Assembly (NCBI GenBank): GCA_048941015.1 | Contig: JBHLNZ010000045.1 | Coordinates: forward strand, 1 to 25,981 | Direction: 5' to 3' | Length of the DNA: 25,981 bases | Source of the DNA: Promethearchaeota archaeon | GTDB lineage: Archaea; Asgardarchaeota; Lokiarchaeia; Sigyniarchaeales; SOKP01 | Part shown: in pieces, positions 25,472 to 25,981 of the stretch | Numbering within the stretch: the stretch's first letter is position 1 | Layout: each line of letters opens with the position of its first letter | The notes under the pieces: generated by a model | Told to the model about the DNA's origin: nothing | The model's input: the letters and a program-made list of their open reading frames with translations, nothing else | The model's database searches: none | Translations under genes and position numbers: made by a program

Positions 25472-25888
25472 TTATTTTTCTATATAAACGTGATCTGGTT
25501 CAAATACTTTTTTTCCAATATTTTTAATTTTGTTATCAATGAATTCATTATAGAAGCAGGAATAATATCCTTTATGACAAGCTCCTCCAACTTGTCTAAC
25601 CTTAAAGAGCACAGAATCGTAATCGCAATCTATAATTATCCTTTTTATCTTTTGAACGTGTCCGCTCTGTTCTCCTTTTTTCCACAAAACATTTCGAGAT
25701 CTTGAAAAATAGTGAACTAATCCAGCAGTTAAAGATTTTTTAATTGCTTCTTTATCAGCGAAAGCTAAAATTAAAATCTCATTAGTTTTATAATCTTGAG
25801 TTATAACAGGAATTAAATTACCTTTAATTTTCGAAAAATCAAGTAAATTGATAAAATTATCAATTTCTTTTTCAGATTGGTTTTTCAT
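25472..25888 (-). CDS. hisI: Phosphoribosyl-AMP cyclohydrolase HisI
   Basis: SRSR..LWKKGEQSG, DCDYD, GACHKGYYSCF. ATG at 25888 preferred; the track uses TTG at 25897. Confidence 0.95.
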   Translation of the reverse strand: MKNQSEKEIDNFINLLDFSKIKGNLIPVITQDYKTNEILILAFADKEAIKKSLTAGLVHYFSRSRNVLWKKGEQSGHVQKIKRIIIDCDYDSVLFKVRQVGGACHKGYYSCFYNEFIDNKIKNIGKKVFEPDHVYIEK

Positions 25889-25981
25889 ACATATCAAAAT
25901 ATTTTATTTTGTTAATACTTTTATTATTAATATTATTATAAACTAATTTGAAATTAGAATGTCGTATATTGATCCATGGGG

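Noticed and set aside
18562-25705. Plus-strand track ORFs at 18562, 20904, 23904, 25085 and 25490
   Set aside because: Antisense shadows of pckG, the ThDP enzyme, the thermosome, msrB and hisI.
24915-25888. MsrB lacking the resolving Cys (GSGWPSF) and a stand-alone hisI
   Set aside because: Both are common: single-Cys MsrB variants and scattered his genes are ordinary in archaea.

Overview
AT-rich, gene-dense archaeal chromosomal window with about 21 protein-coding genes. I see no rRNA, tRNA, CRISPR array or mobile element. An Asgard origin (Lokiarchaeia/Promethearchaeia-like) is inferred from gene content and style: a group II chaperonin, two Lrp/AsnC regulators, a stand-alone small GTPase, Hdr genes, an HTH-plus-Fe-S protein, GGAGG/GGTGA ribosome-binding sites and oligo-T terminators. 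The centrepiece is a minus-strand cluster hdrA(tandem)-mvhD fusion > hdrC > hdrB > metV > metF, followed by an Lrp gene (8482-15709). This is an archaeal counterpart of the HdrABC-MvhD-MetVF methylene-tetrahydrofolate reductase complex known from acetogenic bacteria such as Moorella and Sporomusa. Its 1165-aa HdrA looks like a single-chain asymmetric pseudo-dimer in which only one of two flavin modules keeps the bifurcation Glu/Lys pair. Divergent from it is an MglA/conservon-like small GTPase with Leu at the catalytic Gln position (GTPGL), a C-terminal winged-helix-like extension and an inverted repeat just before its start. Other content: a partial two-TM membrane protein running off the left edge (absent from the ORF track), an MrfA/Hrq1-type DUF1998 helicase, a poly-Fe-S protein, a 530-bp intergenic region with helically phased direct repeats, two small helical unknowns, a GNAT, an MBL-fold hydrolase, a zinc-ribbon protein, a His-containing membrane protein, GTP-PEPCK, a ThDP-enzyme plus Zn-dehydrogenase pair, a divergent thermosome subunit, MsrB and HisI. 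No database searches were run, so all family calls rest on motif recognition and novelty cannot be confirmed.
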